A DNA stretch of 64,000 nt from Chiloscyllium plagiosum (taxonomy: Eukaryota). Both the position numbers and the translations under genes were made by a program. Under the pieces are notes generated by a model that had not been told where the DNA came from, did not search any database, and saw only the letters and a list, made by a program, of their open reading frames with translations. Each line of letters begins with the position of its first letter. Positions within the stretch are counted from its first letter, which is position 1. The stretch lies in assembly GCF_004010195.1 (NCBI RefSeq), contig NC_057757.1, forward strand, positions 1,359,524 through 1,423,523, given 5' to 3'. Positions 26,130-39,907 of this stretch are shown piece by piece.

Positions 26130-28110
26130 AGTTTAAAGTTTTGTGAAATGGGATAAAAAATGCACCAGTTACATTTTAAAGACTAACGAATAAAGTCATT
26201 TTGAGATTATCTATTTGTGTGGTGTTTGTTGACAATCAGGTGATTATTAGTCACATGTGGAAGGAACATTTGGAATATCTGTCAAAGTTGTTCAATCCAT
26301 TTCAGAAGGCAGGCTTGGCGATAAACCTGGCTGACAGCGAGTTCTCAAAAGCCCAAGTCATGTACTAGGACTGGTTTTTGAAAACAAAGGTTATGGGGTA
26401 GCAATTCTGAGACTGAGTGGTTAGCTACACCTAATTATGCAAACCCATTTAAAATGGCTATCAATGTGAGTGATGTGGGTGTTGGGTTCTATACTCTTGC
26501 AAGAAGATGAAAAGAAGGTAGAAAGACATATTTGGGTATTTTTCCAGAAAGCTGATTCTTTATCAATAGAAATATTCCACAATTGGGAAGGAGACCTTCA
26601 GTTTGGTGTTGTCTTTGCAACTTTTCAACATTTATGTTGCCAACAATGTGTCTGAACAGTGGTAAATACAGTACAACTTCGATTATCCGAACATCAATTT
26701 TCTGAATTTCAGATTATCCAAACAAGATTTCAAGGTCCCGTAAAATGGCATTATGCAACTCAGCATACAGCTATCAGTTAAACAGCATTATGGCATGGAT
26801 TGCTGGATAACCGAGAAATGTTCAATAACTGGCACTCAAATGACCACTTGTTTACAGTAGATCAGTTATTGGTTAAACTGCATTATGGTGTGCATTGCCA
26901 GATAACCGAGAAATGTTCGGATAACCAGCACTCATACATTACCGCTTGTTTACAATCAGATCAATTATTCGAACGATCATGTATCTGAACAAAACACTCT
27001 GACCCCCCCCCACCCCCCACCCCCGTCTCGTTCAGATAATCGAAATTCTACTGTACTGACCATAACCCCTTAATGTTTTTTGGAAAAATTTACAGATTAA
27101 AATACCAGCCTGTTTGGATGGAGTTTCTTGTCATAGCTATTCAGTTTGAAAATTACATACATGGCAGGCTGAGTGAATGTAATTGTCATTCGATGTAATA
27201 ACTTTGATAAAGGATGACAAATATGTTAGGCAGCAGAAGAAATGGATTGAATAGATTGTAGTATTGACTGCAGGCTTAAAGTCAATGTAACGGATATGTA
27301 TTGTAGTGTGTTGAATGTGCAAGACTAAATGTTTATAAAAATGAAACTATCATTGTAGATTGATGGTCCCCTTTTCTAGGGGGAGGTTGACAATACAATG
27401 GCTTTAAAAGGTATATTTTGTTCTGGCTGTTATTTGAAGAGAGGATTTGAGCCATTGGAGTCGAGATGTCTATTCGAAGCCGATAAAGTTAACAGCTTGT
27501 GAGGCCTTGGATTTTTTTTAAATTGTTATAATAGAAGCAGCAGGAATGGGTGAAGTCAGGCTCCCACAGAAACAGGGGTTTTTGTTCAGCTTTCAGCAGT
27601 TGTTGGGGTTTTGAAGTTGATTATGGAAGCTCTCTCTCTCTCTCTCTCTTTCTCAGAATGTTCACTCTGTTGTTACAGCTAAAAGCTTGGGTTCTCTTCT
27701 TGCTGCGAGAATCACACGTCAGACAATCTCTTTCACTGACTTTGCCTTCGCCAAAGATGTGTTTATGGGATGTTACTGCATTGGAACAGTTGCTGTTGGG
27801 TACTTAAATAACTTCTCATTCTGTTAAGTTTGCCAACAGAGTAATGTACAAGTGTGTAGTTTGTGCTGTCCATGTAGCACCCTTGGTCTGAAGGAACGCT
27901 GTCTCTTTTTTTACTGTATCAGTTGTATATGGTAGAAATGACAAATTAAAAGCTGCTACTACTACTCCTCGATTATTCCAATTCTTCTTTCCTTAGTTTG
28001 TGCTTTGCCCATAGTGTAAGAATAAAGCATGTTCTATGTAAAGCTGAGTAGTGCGACCAGTCCAGTTACATCTGGAACACAGCACCTGACAATTACCTTT
28101 AAATCTCCAC
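26130..28110 (+). mobile_element. Decayed Gypsy LTR retrotransposon (RT/RNase H remnants, purine tract, 3' LTR from ~27390)
   Basis: AGLAINLADSEFSKAQVMY, ATPNYANPFKMAI, ILLQED, KYSTIGKET, and VVNTDHNPL once the MITE is removed; AGGGGGAGG before the LTR. Confidence 0.7.
26669..27053. mobile_element. Tc1/mariner (pogo/Tigger-like) MITE
   Basis: 24-bp TIRs CAGTACAACTTCGATTATCCGAAC / GTTCAGATAATCGAAATTCTACTG, TA on both sides, splits the Gypsy TDHNPL motif. Confidence 0.85.
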
Positions 28111-28407
28111 CAGGTCATCCTACCACTGGTTATCTAACACGTCATCTTTGTATTGCCTTGCTTATTCATAATGTGGAGGTGCCAGTGTTGGATTATGGTG
28201 GACAAGGTCAGAAGTCACTCAAGTGATGATGCTTCTAGTTAACAAAGTTAGGTTGTCCTTGGTTTCTTTCCAGAGGAGTCGTAAATGTATAGATTCCAAT
28301 GTGTCTGGTTTGTATGGATTTAGGCCCAATTTGGTTATAGCAAACAGATACTGCCACAGGCAAAAGGCTTTCAGGTTTAAATATAGCACTTGTTCAATGA
28401 AAGGTTC

Positions 28408-29875
28408 ATGAAAGGCAGGTCATGTTTAACTAATTTCCTGGAATTCTTTGAGGACATTACAGGGAACCAGTGGATGTAGTGTCTCTGTATTTCCAGAAGG
28501 CATTCCACAAGTTGCCACACAAAAGGCTGCAGCATAAGATAAATGTGCATGGCGACATGGGTACAGTATTGGTATGAATAGAAGATTGGTTAACTATCAA
28601 AAAGCAAACAGTAGGAATAAATGGGTATTTTTTCTGAATGTAAGTTTGCTTGCTGAGCTGGAAGGTTTGTTTTCTGATGTTTTGTTACCATATTAGGTCA
28701 CATCATCAGTGAGCCTCCGGTGAAGCACTGGTATTAGTGCCTACTTTCTATTTATGTGTTTAGGTTTTCTTGAGTTGATGATGTCATTTCCTTTGGTGAT
28801 GTCATTTCCTGTTCTTTTTCTCCGAGGGTGTTTTTCTGGTTGGTGATCAGTGACTAGCAGTGTGCCTCAGGGACTGTTTACAATTTACATAGATGATTTG
28901 GAGTTGGGGACCAAATGTAATGTTTCAACATTTGCAGCTGACACCAAGATGGGTGGTTTAACATCTGCAGTCCTCACTTTCTCCCAGTATAACAAAGGAT
29001 AGCAAAGTGTCCAGAAGATACTGAAAGTCTACTGAGGGATATGGACAGGTTAAGTGAATGGGCAGATGAAGCAAAATGTTGGTAAATGTGAGGTCATCCA
29101 GTTTGGTAGGAATAACATTTTAATGGTGAAAGATTGCAGCATGCGGCTGTGTAGAGGGACCTGGGTGTCCTTGTTCATGAATTACAAAAACTTGGTTTGC
29201 AGGTACACAGGTATTTAAGAATGCAAAGGGAATATTGTCCTTCGTTGCTAGGGGGATGGAGTTTAAAAACAGGGAAATTATGCTGAGCTGTATAGGGTGC
29301 TAGTGAGGCCACACCTGGAATACTGTGTATAGTTTTGGTCTCCTTACTGAGAAAGGATGTATTGGCACTGGAAGGAGTGCCGAGGAGCTTCACTCGGTTG
29401 ATTTTGGAGTTGAGATGGTTGGCTTATGAGGAGAGATTGAGTTGACTCAGAACTATATACATTGGAATTTAGAAGAATGAGGGGAATCTTACAGTAACAT
29501 ATAAAGTTATAAAGGGAATAGATAAGATAAAAGTGGGGAAGTTGGTTCTACTTGGGGGGGACGTGAAACTAGAATTGGGGGCAGAGCCTCAAAATAAGGG
29601 GGAGAAGATTTCAGACTAAGTTGAGGAAGAATTTTCTCACCCAAAGGATTACGAATCTGTGGATTTCCCTGCCCAGTTGGGGCTACCTTGTTGAATGTTT
29701 TTAAGGCAAAAATGGATAGAGTTTTGAACAGTAAAGGAATTTGAGGGTTCTTGATACAGGCGGGTAAGTGGAGCTGAGTCCACAAAAAGATCAACTATGA
29801 TCTTATTGAATGGTGGAGCAGGCTCGAGGGGCCAGATGGCTGACTCCTGCTCCTATTTCTTTTATTCTTATGTGT
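28408..29875 (+). mobile_element. CR1 LINE (RT to 3' tail), interrupted by a Penelope fragment at ~28635-28830
   Basis: GRSCLTNFLEFFED, FQKAFHKLPH, FAADTK, LVRPHLEYC; tail CCTATTTCTT..TCTTATG. Confidence 0.8.
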
Positions 29876-30790
29876 CATTGTTGTTTTTAAATGCCTCCAT
29901 GACCTTCACCTGACCTTTCTCCTCTGTATATACATAAATGGAAGGCTCATTGAAAAATAATCTCTTACTTTATAAAGCAATCCTTTGTCCAGATTAAATA
30001 TGACTATGTTTTGCATCTATGGTTATATATAAATTATCATTATAATATCATTCAGCCAGTGAATTGGCCTACGCTGATAAAATTAGGTCATCAACAATTA
30101 AGGATGAAAAGGAAATGTAAAAGGTAAGATGATGTATTCATGTGGATCTTAATACATATTTATCAGAAATTCACGTTAACGTCAGTTTTTACAACTGTTT
30201 CATAACTTTTATGTTACACCTCAATATTGGAAAATGTCACAAGAGGCTTAATTGTAAAATAAAAGGACACCAAGCCAAAAGATGAGATTAATTTAGGATA
30301 TCTGATTGGCATGGATGAGTTGGACCGAAGAGTCTGTTTCCGTGCTATACATCTCTATGACCTCATGTGGGAGGGGCTGAACCATAAACTGAGTCAAAGA
30401 GCTGGATTTTAAGAGATGGGAGAGTCTAACAGTGGAAATTTCAGAGCATGTATGTGGCACATGCTACAGCTTCCAATGGCAGTGGGCCACAGGAGTTAGA
30501 CGAACAGAGTGGTGGGGAGTTGCAGGGCTGACAGGTGTTATAGAGATCAAGAGGGGCAAAGATCTAACCACAAAGGGTGGAGTTTGAAATATGATAGAAC
30601 ATAGAACATAGAACAGTACAGCATAGAACAGGCCCTTCAGCCCATGATTATTTTTCAATGAGCCTTCCATTTATGTATATACAGAGAAGGAAGGTCAGGT
30701 GAAGGTCATGGAGGCATTTAAAAACAACAATGACACATAAGAATAAAAGAAATAGGAGCAGGAGTCAGCTATCTAGCCCCTCGAGCCTGC
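29818..30790. repeat. 145-bp inverted duplication (29818-29962 and 30646-30790)
   Basis: Arms are reverse complements with ~4 mismatches; the right arm sits inside the CR1 3' UTR. Confidence 0.9.
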
Positions 30791-32535
30791 CCATTGATCC
30801 TCATGTATGCACCCTCAAATATCTGTGACCATATGCATGTCCAGCAGTCTCTTAAATGTCCCCAATGACCTAGCTTCCACAACTGCTGCTTGCCACGCAT
30901 TCCATGCTCTCACAACTCTCTGTGTAAAGAACCTGCCTCTGACATCCCCTCTATACTTTCCTCCAACCAGCTTAAAACTATGACCCCTTGTGTTAGCCAT
31001 TTCTGCCCTGGGAAATAGTCTCTGCTATTGACTCTATCTATGCCTCTCATTATCTTGTATACCTCAATTAGGTCCCCTCTCCTCCTTTTCTCCAATGAAA
31101 AAAGTCCGAGCTCAGTCAACCTCTCTTCATAAGGTAAGCCCTCCAATCCAGGCAGCATCCTGGTAAACCTCCTCTGAACCCTCTCCAAAGCATCCACATC
31201 TTTCCTATAATAGGGCGATCAGAACTGGACGTAGTATTCCAAGTGCGGTCTAACCAAAGTTTTATACAGCTGCAACAAGATCTCACGACTCTTAAACTCA
31301 ATCCCCCTGTTAATGAAAGCCAAAACACCATATGCTTTCTTAACAACCCTGTCCACTTGGGTGGCCATTCTAAGGGATCTATGTATCTGCACACCAAGAT
31401 CCCTCTGTTCCTCCACACTGCTAAGAATCCTATCCTTAATCCTGTACTCAGCTTTCAAATTCAACCTTCCAAAATGCATCACCTCGCATTTATCCAGGTT
31501 GAACTCCATCTGCCACCTCTCAGCCCATCTCTGCATCCTGTCAATGTCCCGCTGCAGCCTACAACAGTCCTCTATACTGTCAACGACACCTCCAACTTTT
31601 GTGTCGTCTGCAAACTTGCTGACCCATCCTTCAATCCCCTCATCCAAGTCATTAATAAAAATTACAAACAGTAGAGGCCCAAGGACAGAGCCCTGTGGAA
31701 CACCACTCACCACTGACTTCCAGGCAGAATATTTTCCTTCTACTACCACTCGCTGTCTTCTGTTGGCTAGCCAATTCTGTATCCAGACAGCTAAGTTCCC
31801 CTGTATCCCATTCCTCCTGACCTTCTGAATGAGCCTACCATGGGGAACCTTATCAAATGCCTTGCTGACGTCCATATACACCACATCTACAGCTCGACCC
31901 TCATCAACTTTTCTAGTCACATCCTCAAAGAACTCGATAAGGTTTGTGAGGCATGACCTGCCCCTCACAAAGCCATGTTGATTGCATTTAATCAAGCCAT
32001 GCTCTTCCAGATGGTCATAAATCCTATCCCTCAGAATCCTTTCTAACACCTTGCAGACGACAGACGTGAGACTTACTGGTCTGTAATTGCCGGGGATTTC
32101 CCTATTTCCTTTCTTGAAGAGCGGAATTACATTTGCCTCTCTCCAGTCCTCAGGTAATCACTCCAGTGGAGAGCGAGGATGCAAAGATCTTCGCAAGTGG
32201 CGAAGCAGTTTCATTTTTCGTTTCCCAAAGCAGCCGAGGACAAATCTGGTCTGGGCCTGGCGACTTGTCAATCTTAATGTTTGACAAAATTTTCAGCACA
32301 TCAGCTTCCTCTATTTCTATCAATTCCAACATGCACACCTGCTCTTCAAAGGTTTCATTCACTACAAAGTTCGTTTTTTTCATAAAGACAAAAGCAAAAA
32401 ACTCATTTAGGGCTTCCCCTACCTCCTCAGACTCCACACACAAGTTCCATATGCTATCCCTGATCGGCCCTACTCTTTCTTTGACCATTCTATTATTCCT
32501 CACATAAGTGTAAAATGCCTTTGTGTTCTCCCTGA
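30594..32535 (-). mobile_element. Young CR1 LINE, 5'-truncated ORF2 (RT)
   Basis: 276-aa ORF 31219-32049 with [37 protein letters not shown]; (TTCTATG)n tail. Confidence 0.95.
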
Positions 32536-32821
32536 TGTGACTGGAGACTAGGAACCAATAGTAGATCGGTCAGCATAGTGGTTTGGATCAATAGGTCCTG
32601 AAAAGTTTGAAAAAGCACAAGTTTACAGAGGATGAATGGTGAGGCTGGTGTTTGGGTGTTGGCCGCTGAGGGAGTTGGAGATTGGTGGAGTTGAAATGCA
32701 ACGCATCGCAGTAGCCATGTCCGGAGGTAGCAAAGGCAAAGGTGAGAATTTCAGTTGCAGATGAACTTGGGAATGATGAAGAACAGGACATATTTTGGAA
32801 ATAGAAGCAGTCAGTCTTAAG

Positions 32822-33445
32822 ATCATAACACATAGGAGTGGAAGCAAAGCCATTCGGCCCATCGAGTCCACTCCACCATTTAATCATGGCTGATGGGTGT
32901 TTCACTTATCTGCACTCTCCCCGTAGCCCTTAATTCTTTGCAAGATCAAGAATTTAGCAATCTCTGCCTTGAAGATACCCAATGTCCCGGCCTCCACTGT
33001 GCTCCGTAGCAATGAATTCCACAGTCCCACCACTCGCTGGCTGAAGATGTGTCTCCTCATTTCCGTTCTAAATTGACCTCCTCTAATTTTAAGGCTGTGT
33101 CCATGGGTCCTAGTCTCCCCGCCTGATGGAAACAAATTCCCAGCATCCACCCTTTCTAAGCCATGCATTATCTTGTAAGTTTCTATTAGCTCTCCCCTCA
33201 ACCTTCTAAACTTTAATGAATACAATCCCAGGATCCTCAGCTGATCGTCATATGTTAGGCTTACCATTCCATGGATCATCCGTGTGAATCTCTGCTGCAC
33301 ATGCTCCAGTGCCAGTATGTCCTTCCTGAGGTGTGGGGCCCAAAATTGGACACAGTATTCTAAAACGGGGCCTAACCAGAGTTTTATAAAGTCTCAGAAG
33401 CACATCACTGCTTTTATATTTCAACCATCTTGAGACAAATGACAA
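32822..33445 (-). mobile_element. CR1 LINE 3' end nested in an old L2 fragment
   Basis: LRLYKTLVRP, QRFTRMI, RTHGHSLKI..FSQRVVGLWNSL. Confidence 0.85.
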
Positions 33446-34219
33446 ATTGAAATAAATTGAGATGAATGATTGTTGGGTGAAAACCTCAGTAAGGAGTTGA
33501 AAAGCATGTTAAGGTTCAAAACAACTGGAGACAGTGACAAGAAGGGTGATGGAATCAGTGCCAAAGCCACAGTGAATGTGAGAGTGTTTGAAGGCTTTGA
33601 CTTTGGATTTCTCAAAGTTCCTTTAATAATTTCTTCCAGTATCCCATTGCCTCTTTCCCAATATCTGTACCTGTCTGAATTACCCTTTCTAAAAATCGTG
33701 TCTCAACTGTATTTGGGAAGAAAAAATTCAATTTTTCACCACCTTTGTATTAAAAACACATTTCCTAATTACTTTTCTGAATGATCTGGTTTTACACATA
33801 GATCCCTTTTCTCTTGATTCCCTTGCCATAGAAAATATTTTCTTACTGTATGTGTTATATCCTTTCACCATGCTGTGCCTTGAAAATACAAATCTAAAAT
33901 GGCCAGGCTGGTACTTGAAGGAGATGAGATTAAGTGGTACAGTTGGCCTTATTTTTAATTAGCTTGTCTATGTTATCATTGAATTGTCTAATGCAATAAT
34001 TTACATTCTGACATACTTCAAGCCAAGCCCAAATTCCAAGCTCTTGATTAAAATTTTATGTTGGCTATTTAACACTAGCTGAAGTGATTCTGAGGACACA
34101 ATCTTAAAGATAATAAAATGTAATGTACGCAATTGATGTCCTCCCTTATTTATGATTGTTTTAAATATTTGTCCATTGTTGCTAAGTTACTACTTAATTG
34201 ATCAAAAATTGTTTATGTG

Positions 34220-35885
34220 GAAAGTGAGCATGGACAAAGTACCTCACAAAAGGTTTAAGTTGTAAGATAAGAACCATTGTATTCGAGGTAGTAAACTGTC
34301 ACAGATAGAGAATTGGCTCAAGGGCAGGAAACACGAGTGGGGATAAGGGATTCTTTTTCAGCTTGGCGACCTGTGACCAGTACGGTTCCACAGGGGTCAG
34401 TACTGGGACCACAACTGTTTACATTGCATGTTAATGACTTGGAGGAGGCAAGGCAATGAACTGTAGCCAAATTTGCAGATGTCACAAAAACAGGTGGAAA
34501 GGCAGGTTGTAAGAAGGAGACAGTTTACAGAGAGATATTCATACGTTAAGTGAGTGGGCAAAAAGTGGGAAAATGGAGTATCATGTGGGAAAATGCAAAG
34601 TTGTTCATTTTGGAAGGGAGAACAAAAGAACAGAATATTATTTAAATGGAGAAACACTACAAAAGCTACAACACAATGGACATGGGGAGACTTAGGCTTG
34701 AAATAGAAAGCTAGCACACGGGTGCATCAAATAATCAAGAAGGCTAATGGAATGTTGGCCCTTGTTTTAATGACATTGGAGAATAAGAGTAGGGAACTAT
34801 ACAAGGTACTGGTAAGACAACACTGAGAGTACTGTGAGCAGTTTTGGTGCCTTTGTTTCAAGAAAGATATCATTTCCATGGATGCAGTTCAGAGAAGGTT
34901 CACAAGGATGATCTGTGGTATGGAGGGATTGTCATGAGCTGAAAATGTGTTGCTGGAAAAGCGCAGCAGGTCAGGCAGCATCCAAGGAACAGGAGAATCG
35001 ATGTTTCGGGCATAAGGAATGAGGAAAGTGTGTCCAGCAGGCTAAGATAAAAGGTAGGGAGGAGGGACTTGGGGAGGGGCGTTGGAGATGCGATAGGTGG
35101 AAGGAGGTCAAGGTGAGGGTGATAGGCTGGAGTGGGATGGGGGCGGAGAGGTCAGGAAGAAGATTGCAGGTTAGGAAGGCGGTGCTGAGTTCGAGGGATT
35201 TGACTGAGACAAGGTGGGGGGGGCGGGGAAATGAGGAAACTGGAGAAATCTGAGTTCATCCCTTGTGGTTGGAGGGTTCCTAGGCGGAAGATGAGGCGCT
35301 CTTCCTTCGTCGTGTTGCTATGGTCTGGCGATGGAGGAGTCCAAGGACCTGCATGTCCTTGGTGGAGTGAGAGGGGGAGTTGAAGTGTTGAGCCACAGGG
35401 TGGTTGGGTTGGTTGGTACGGGTGTGGCTTTCTCCTCAGGGATTGTCATGAGCAAAGATTAAACAGGTTGGAGTTTCGCAAAATGAGAGGTGATCTCATT
35501 GAAACAGATTGGATTCTTCAGGGGCTTGACAGGGTCAATGCTGAGGGGATGTTTACCCTCATGGGAGAGTCTAGGACCAGAGGGCACAGTTTCAGAATAA
35601 AGGGGCACCAATTTAAGACTGAGGTAAGAAAACATAATTCTCTCAGAGGGTTGTGAGTGTTGAACTTTGCGAGTCCTTGACACAGACAGCTGTGGGGGCA
35701 GAGTCCTTGCGTATACTTAAGGCTGAAATAGATAGACTCTTAGCAGTCAGGAGTCAGGAGTTATGAGGAAAGGGCAGGAAAATGGATGTGAGGAATGTCA
35801 AATTTGCTATTATCTTATTGAATGGTGAAGTGGGCTTGAGTGGGCTGAATAGCCTACTCCTGTTCTTATTTCTTATGGTCTAATG
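34220..35885 (+). mobile_element. CR1 LINE interrupted by a Penelope insertion
   Basis: [32 protein letters not shown]. Confidence 0.8.
34940..35437 (-). mobile_element. Penelope-like element fragment with 16-bp TSD
   Basis: AGGGATTGTCATGAGC at 34924-34939 and 35438-35453; reverse complement matches the GIY-YIG C-terminus and the terminal region at 23028. Confidence 0.85.
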
Positions 35886-35934
35886 CTACAATTGACCTGA
35901 AATAGAGATCTGAGGACCCAACTTAGCTGGGTAC

Positions 35935-36345
35935 CAGTTGTGGCTCAGTGAGTAGTATTTTCAGCTCTGTGTCCGAGGATGCTAGGTTTAAGCACCACAC
36001 CAAAATATTGAGTACATAATCCAGAGTGACAATTGCAATGCATTACTGCATTGTTAGGCTATTGTTTGGGTTGAGAAGCAAAAGTGAGGCCTTGTCTTTC
36101 CTCTCAATGTGTAAGATCCCCTTGCACTATTTTGAAGGACAGCAGTGTTTATCTCCTGAGGTAACTTCCTGTTAATGTTTCTGCATCAACTCTCATCTCT
36201 AAAACAGATTATCTCATCTTTCTCCCATATCTGTTTGTTTGTGGGAAATTGCTATGTGCAAACTGGTAGCGTCTTTCCTAGATTACAGCAATGACTGTGC
36301 TTTGAAAGTGTTTCATTGGCTGTGATGCATTTTGAGATATCCCAA
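35935..36345 (+). mobile_element. tRNA-headed Deu-domain SINE
   Basis: GTGGCTCAGTGAGTAG head; GATCCCCTTGCACTATTTTGAAG, AAAACAGATTATCT, GTTTGTGGGAAATTGCT, CATTGGCTGTG motifs. Confidence 0.7.
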
Positions 36346-37039
36346 GAAGACAAATTCTACTTTGGAAGATTTCTTTGTAAGGAGAGCAGCTTAAAGCTGT
36401 ACCATGAAAACCAAATGCCATTACAGATTTGTGATGAGATTATGCGAGCAAAATAATCAATTAGCAACTTGTGTGGCCTGAGGGCAGACTCTGGTTGGCT
36501 ATATCCCTGGAGGATTAAATTACATGGTTTCCTGTCTCCAATTGTCCTGCCTAATGTCCTGCTATTGGTTGCTCATAATGTACTTCTTTATGTCTCCCAA
36601 GCTCATTGGAAAGTGAGCAGACTTGTCAGGTTGAATCTTCCCAGACGTTGGCTTAGTGTCAGTTTTGGAGAGTTTTGTGGAACTTTTCTCTATGTGAGCT
36701 CTAGCAAGTTCTCGAAGCCTTCTTATTCAGATGAGTGAGAAAAGTGTGTTATGGACCAGGCCAGACACCCTCAGTACATTTCAAGAAGGTAATCCAGACC
36801 CTAACTTTTCTAGTTGTTTATCTAGTTGATGTAAAGTGGATATTCCAGGAGTGATGCAGCTGGCCAAACCATATGGTTTTAAACAAAACAGAATTTATTT
36901 ACACACGAACAAAAAAAAACGAGTTTCGATTAACATAACTATTTGAAAACCCAAGCGACTCTATCATAACTTAAAGATTCTGTTCCAAATACCTGCAACA
37001 TCCCCATAAACACCCCTTTGGCTTCCAATAGAGTCCACA

Positions 37040-37245
37040 CAATGTGTGCTGCTTAATCCTTGTGTGATTCACCCTGCCCATCGGCAGCAAGAAAAGAGGG
37101 GATGTGATTGACACTGAAAAGCTGGGAGAGTGGCAGCAATTTTCCAAGGAGGAAGATGAGGACATTGAACAGGAAGATCAGTAAATTCACCAGGATAGAG
37201 CAACGCAATAGGTCAACAGAACTTAATACTCACTTCCAATAGATT
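37040..37245 (+). mobile_element. Possible Harbinger transposase C-terminal remnant
   Basis: NVCCLILV*FTL..KKRGDVID..EEDEDIEQED resembles the xIIxxCCxLHN..RG + acidic tail of PIF/Harbinger transposases; heavily decayed. Confidence 0.3.
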
Positions 37246-38562
37246 CGAGTTTTGTAAAGTCATCATTCATTGACAGTAAATGTTTTTGCTCAAAAGACAA
37301 GCAAGCCCTGTTTAGTCCCAGAACAAATGCAACCTTTTCATTTATTCTTACTTCACATCTCCTGTTCTTCAATAGGCGTTATTGCTAACAACTGGCTGAA
37401 GGCTTTACAAAATGTATGCTCCTACATTCAGCATTGACAGGATGCTGTGTTATGTTGGGTGTTGGGGAAGGTGTACTGGTGCTAAGGATGTGTATGTTAT
37501 CCTTGTAGCTCCAGTGGCAGTGGATCAGGCAGGAATGATATCAAAGTGCCAATATGTTTATGATTATGATATTCTATTTACAATGAGGTGTCACCCGTAC
37601 CATCTGTGTGCCTTCAGAAGCTTTTCTTTCCCACCATGTTAACTGTAAAGGCTATACCTGATTGATAGTGTTGGACCAAGTGAACAACTAGATTCAAAAA
37701 TGCTGCTAGATACAGAAATCCCAGAAGAATGCAGCAGCATTGCGCATGTCTGTCCAGGTGAGTGCAAGATAACGCAGGAGCAGGGCTGTAGATGAGTAGG
37801 GCGTAGGGGGTGAGCAGCGTAGAATTGTGTGAGATAAACTACGGACTTCCTGCACATTCTGAGGGGACCGTCTGTTACAAGTCTTCATGTAGAGACCCTT
37901 CAGTTGTGACTGGAACCTGCTGCTAGTCCTGAACCTGCTGATTCATTCATTCTGCATCAATTTCTCTGCACATTCACTGTGCAGTGGCCATAACAATGAG
38001 GACACCATTGGTGACAGTTCCAATGAACCAGGGTGAGGAATATCAGAATCAAACCAGCTTCCTCGTTGCAGCTGGCAGTTACAGCACACGCAAAGCACAA
38101 TATACCACAGAGCTTGATACAATGGTGCATGTAGGACATTGACACGGAGGGCCATTGAATGGCTGTACATGGACCTATGACATTATTCCAATACACACAG
38201 CACAAGCTACATCACAAACACAACACCTTGTCCTCCCTCTCCACCCTTACTTCTTAAGAAAGGCAGCTTTGCAGAAATGAGCATGTTGGCAAATACTGAC
38301 TGTTCAAGGTGAAAGGAAACCAGCTCCATTCCCATGTGCAGCCTTGGAGATCTTGGATTGTCTCTGTGACTAGTGGCCCACAGGTGAGACCTTTATGGAT
38401 ACCTGTGATTAATTCCGCTTCACAGAGATGACTGTTGTCAATTTGTAATGATCAATGACATGGTCAAGATTGCTAATGGCCAGAATTTGTACTCAGCATA
38501 GTTGAACACTGCACACTGTTCACCTTTTTATGCTCATGGGAAGTGGACAACATTGGCTAGAC

Positions 38563-38735
38563 ATGATGTGGAGCTGCTGGGGTTGGACTGGGGTAGACTG
38601 GGGTAAAAATCACACAACACCATGTTATAGACCAACCGGTTTATTTGAAAGATTGCTCCTTCTTCAGCGCTTTGAAAGCTTGTACTTTCAAATAAGCCTG
38701 TTGGACTATAACCTGGTGTCGTGTGATTTTTAACT
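38563..38735. mobile_element. Small inverted-repeat (Penelope-derived) element, same family as 57735-57851
   Basis: AAAAATCACACAACACC..TTATAG / CTATAACCTGGTGTCGTGTGATTTTT arms. Confidence 0.6.
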
Positions 38736-39907
38736 TTGGCTCAGACAGCATTTATTGTCCAGTCCTGATTGGCCAGAGGGCTGTGAAGAGTCAACTCCAT
38801 TGCTATGAGTCTCGACTAATATGGAGACCAGACAAAGTCAGGCTGGCAGTTCCCCTCCTTAAAGGACATTAGTGATCTAGATGGGCTTTTCCAATAATTG
38901 GCAATGGTTTCATCGTCAAAATTAGAAATTAATTCCAGATTTTTATTGATTTCACACTCCACCATCTGCCATAGCAGGATTCAAACCTGGATCCCAGAAT
39001 ATTACTTGGGTTTCTGGATTCATAGTTGGGATTGTGGTGCTGGAAAAGCGCAGCAGGTCAGGCAGCATCTGAGGAGCTGGAGAATGATTACAGATGTGGA
39101 TTAGGTGATAATGAAATTATTGCATGCACATAGACCCTTACCTCTCACTAGCAAGATTCTAGTCTTGTTGACAAAACATCAGTGGAAATTGGGATTTTTT
39201 TGCTCCTGACGTCAAGAATCTCAATTTTCTGTTCTTGCCATACCTTCCCAACTGACTCACCATTGTTGATGTTGGACAGGGATTGGAAAAGTTCCAGCAC
39301 CAATTACACAATCAGATCAGCCACCTCCAACATTTTCAAAGAAACATATAGAAGTGTTCAAGGAAAAGAAACAAAAAGTTTTTTTCAATGCGACAACAAC
39401 CTTTTTCTGCAGTCCTCTTGCAGTATTCTCCAGAACATTAAATTTTAATTCCTACAGATTTTGCTAATCTGTGTTTTTGGGCTGTTCTCTGAAACCATAA
39501 ATATGTCATCCATTATTACATACTCTAAGGGACTGCTTTGGGCTTGAGATGCAAAATATCACACCCATCAATATTATCAGTACAATGTTCTCAAGTGATG
39601 TGTTTTTGTGCAATTTATGGTGCTGACCTAATGCATGACAGACTCATTACGTCACATCTGATACAAAGATATTTACAACAAACTTCAGGTGACTTATGCT
39701 CAGTTGACAATTAACTTTGGCATTTAGTGATCTTTTTAGAACGCTGGGCTATAACTCATTTCAACTTCAACATTGGGTCACTTCATGCACCAGCAAGGGT
39801 TGCCTTGAAAATTTCCATTGCAGCATTGCTGGTTAATTTTGGACATTTACATAAGGAAACCTTGGTCCTTGAATTGTGAGCTGGGATTTTCACGTGTACA
39901 ACTCAAA

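Noticed and set aside
31219..32049. 276-aa RT ORF as a host gene or retron-like system
   Set aside because: Ordinary truncated CR1 ORF2 with flanking stops and frameshifts and a CR1 tail.
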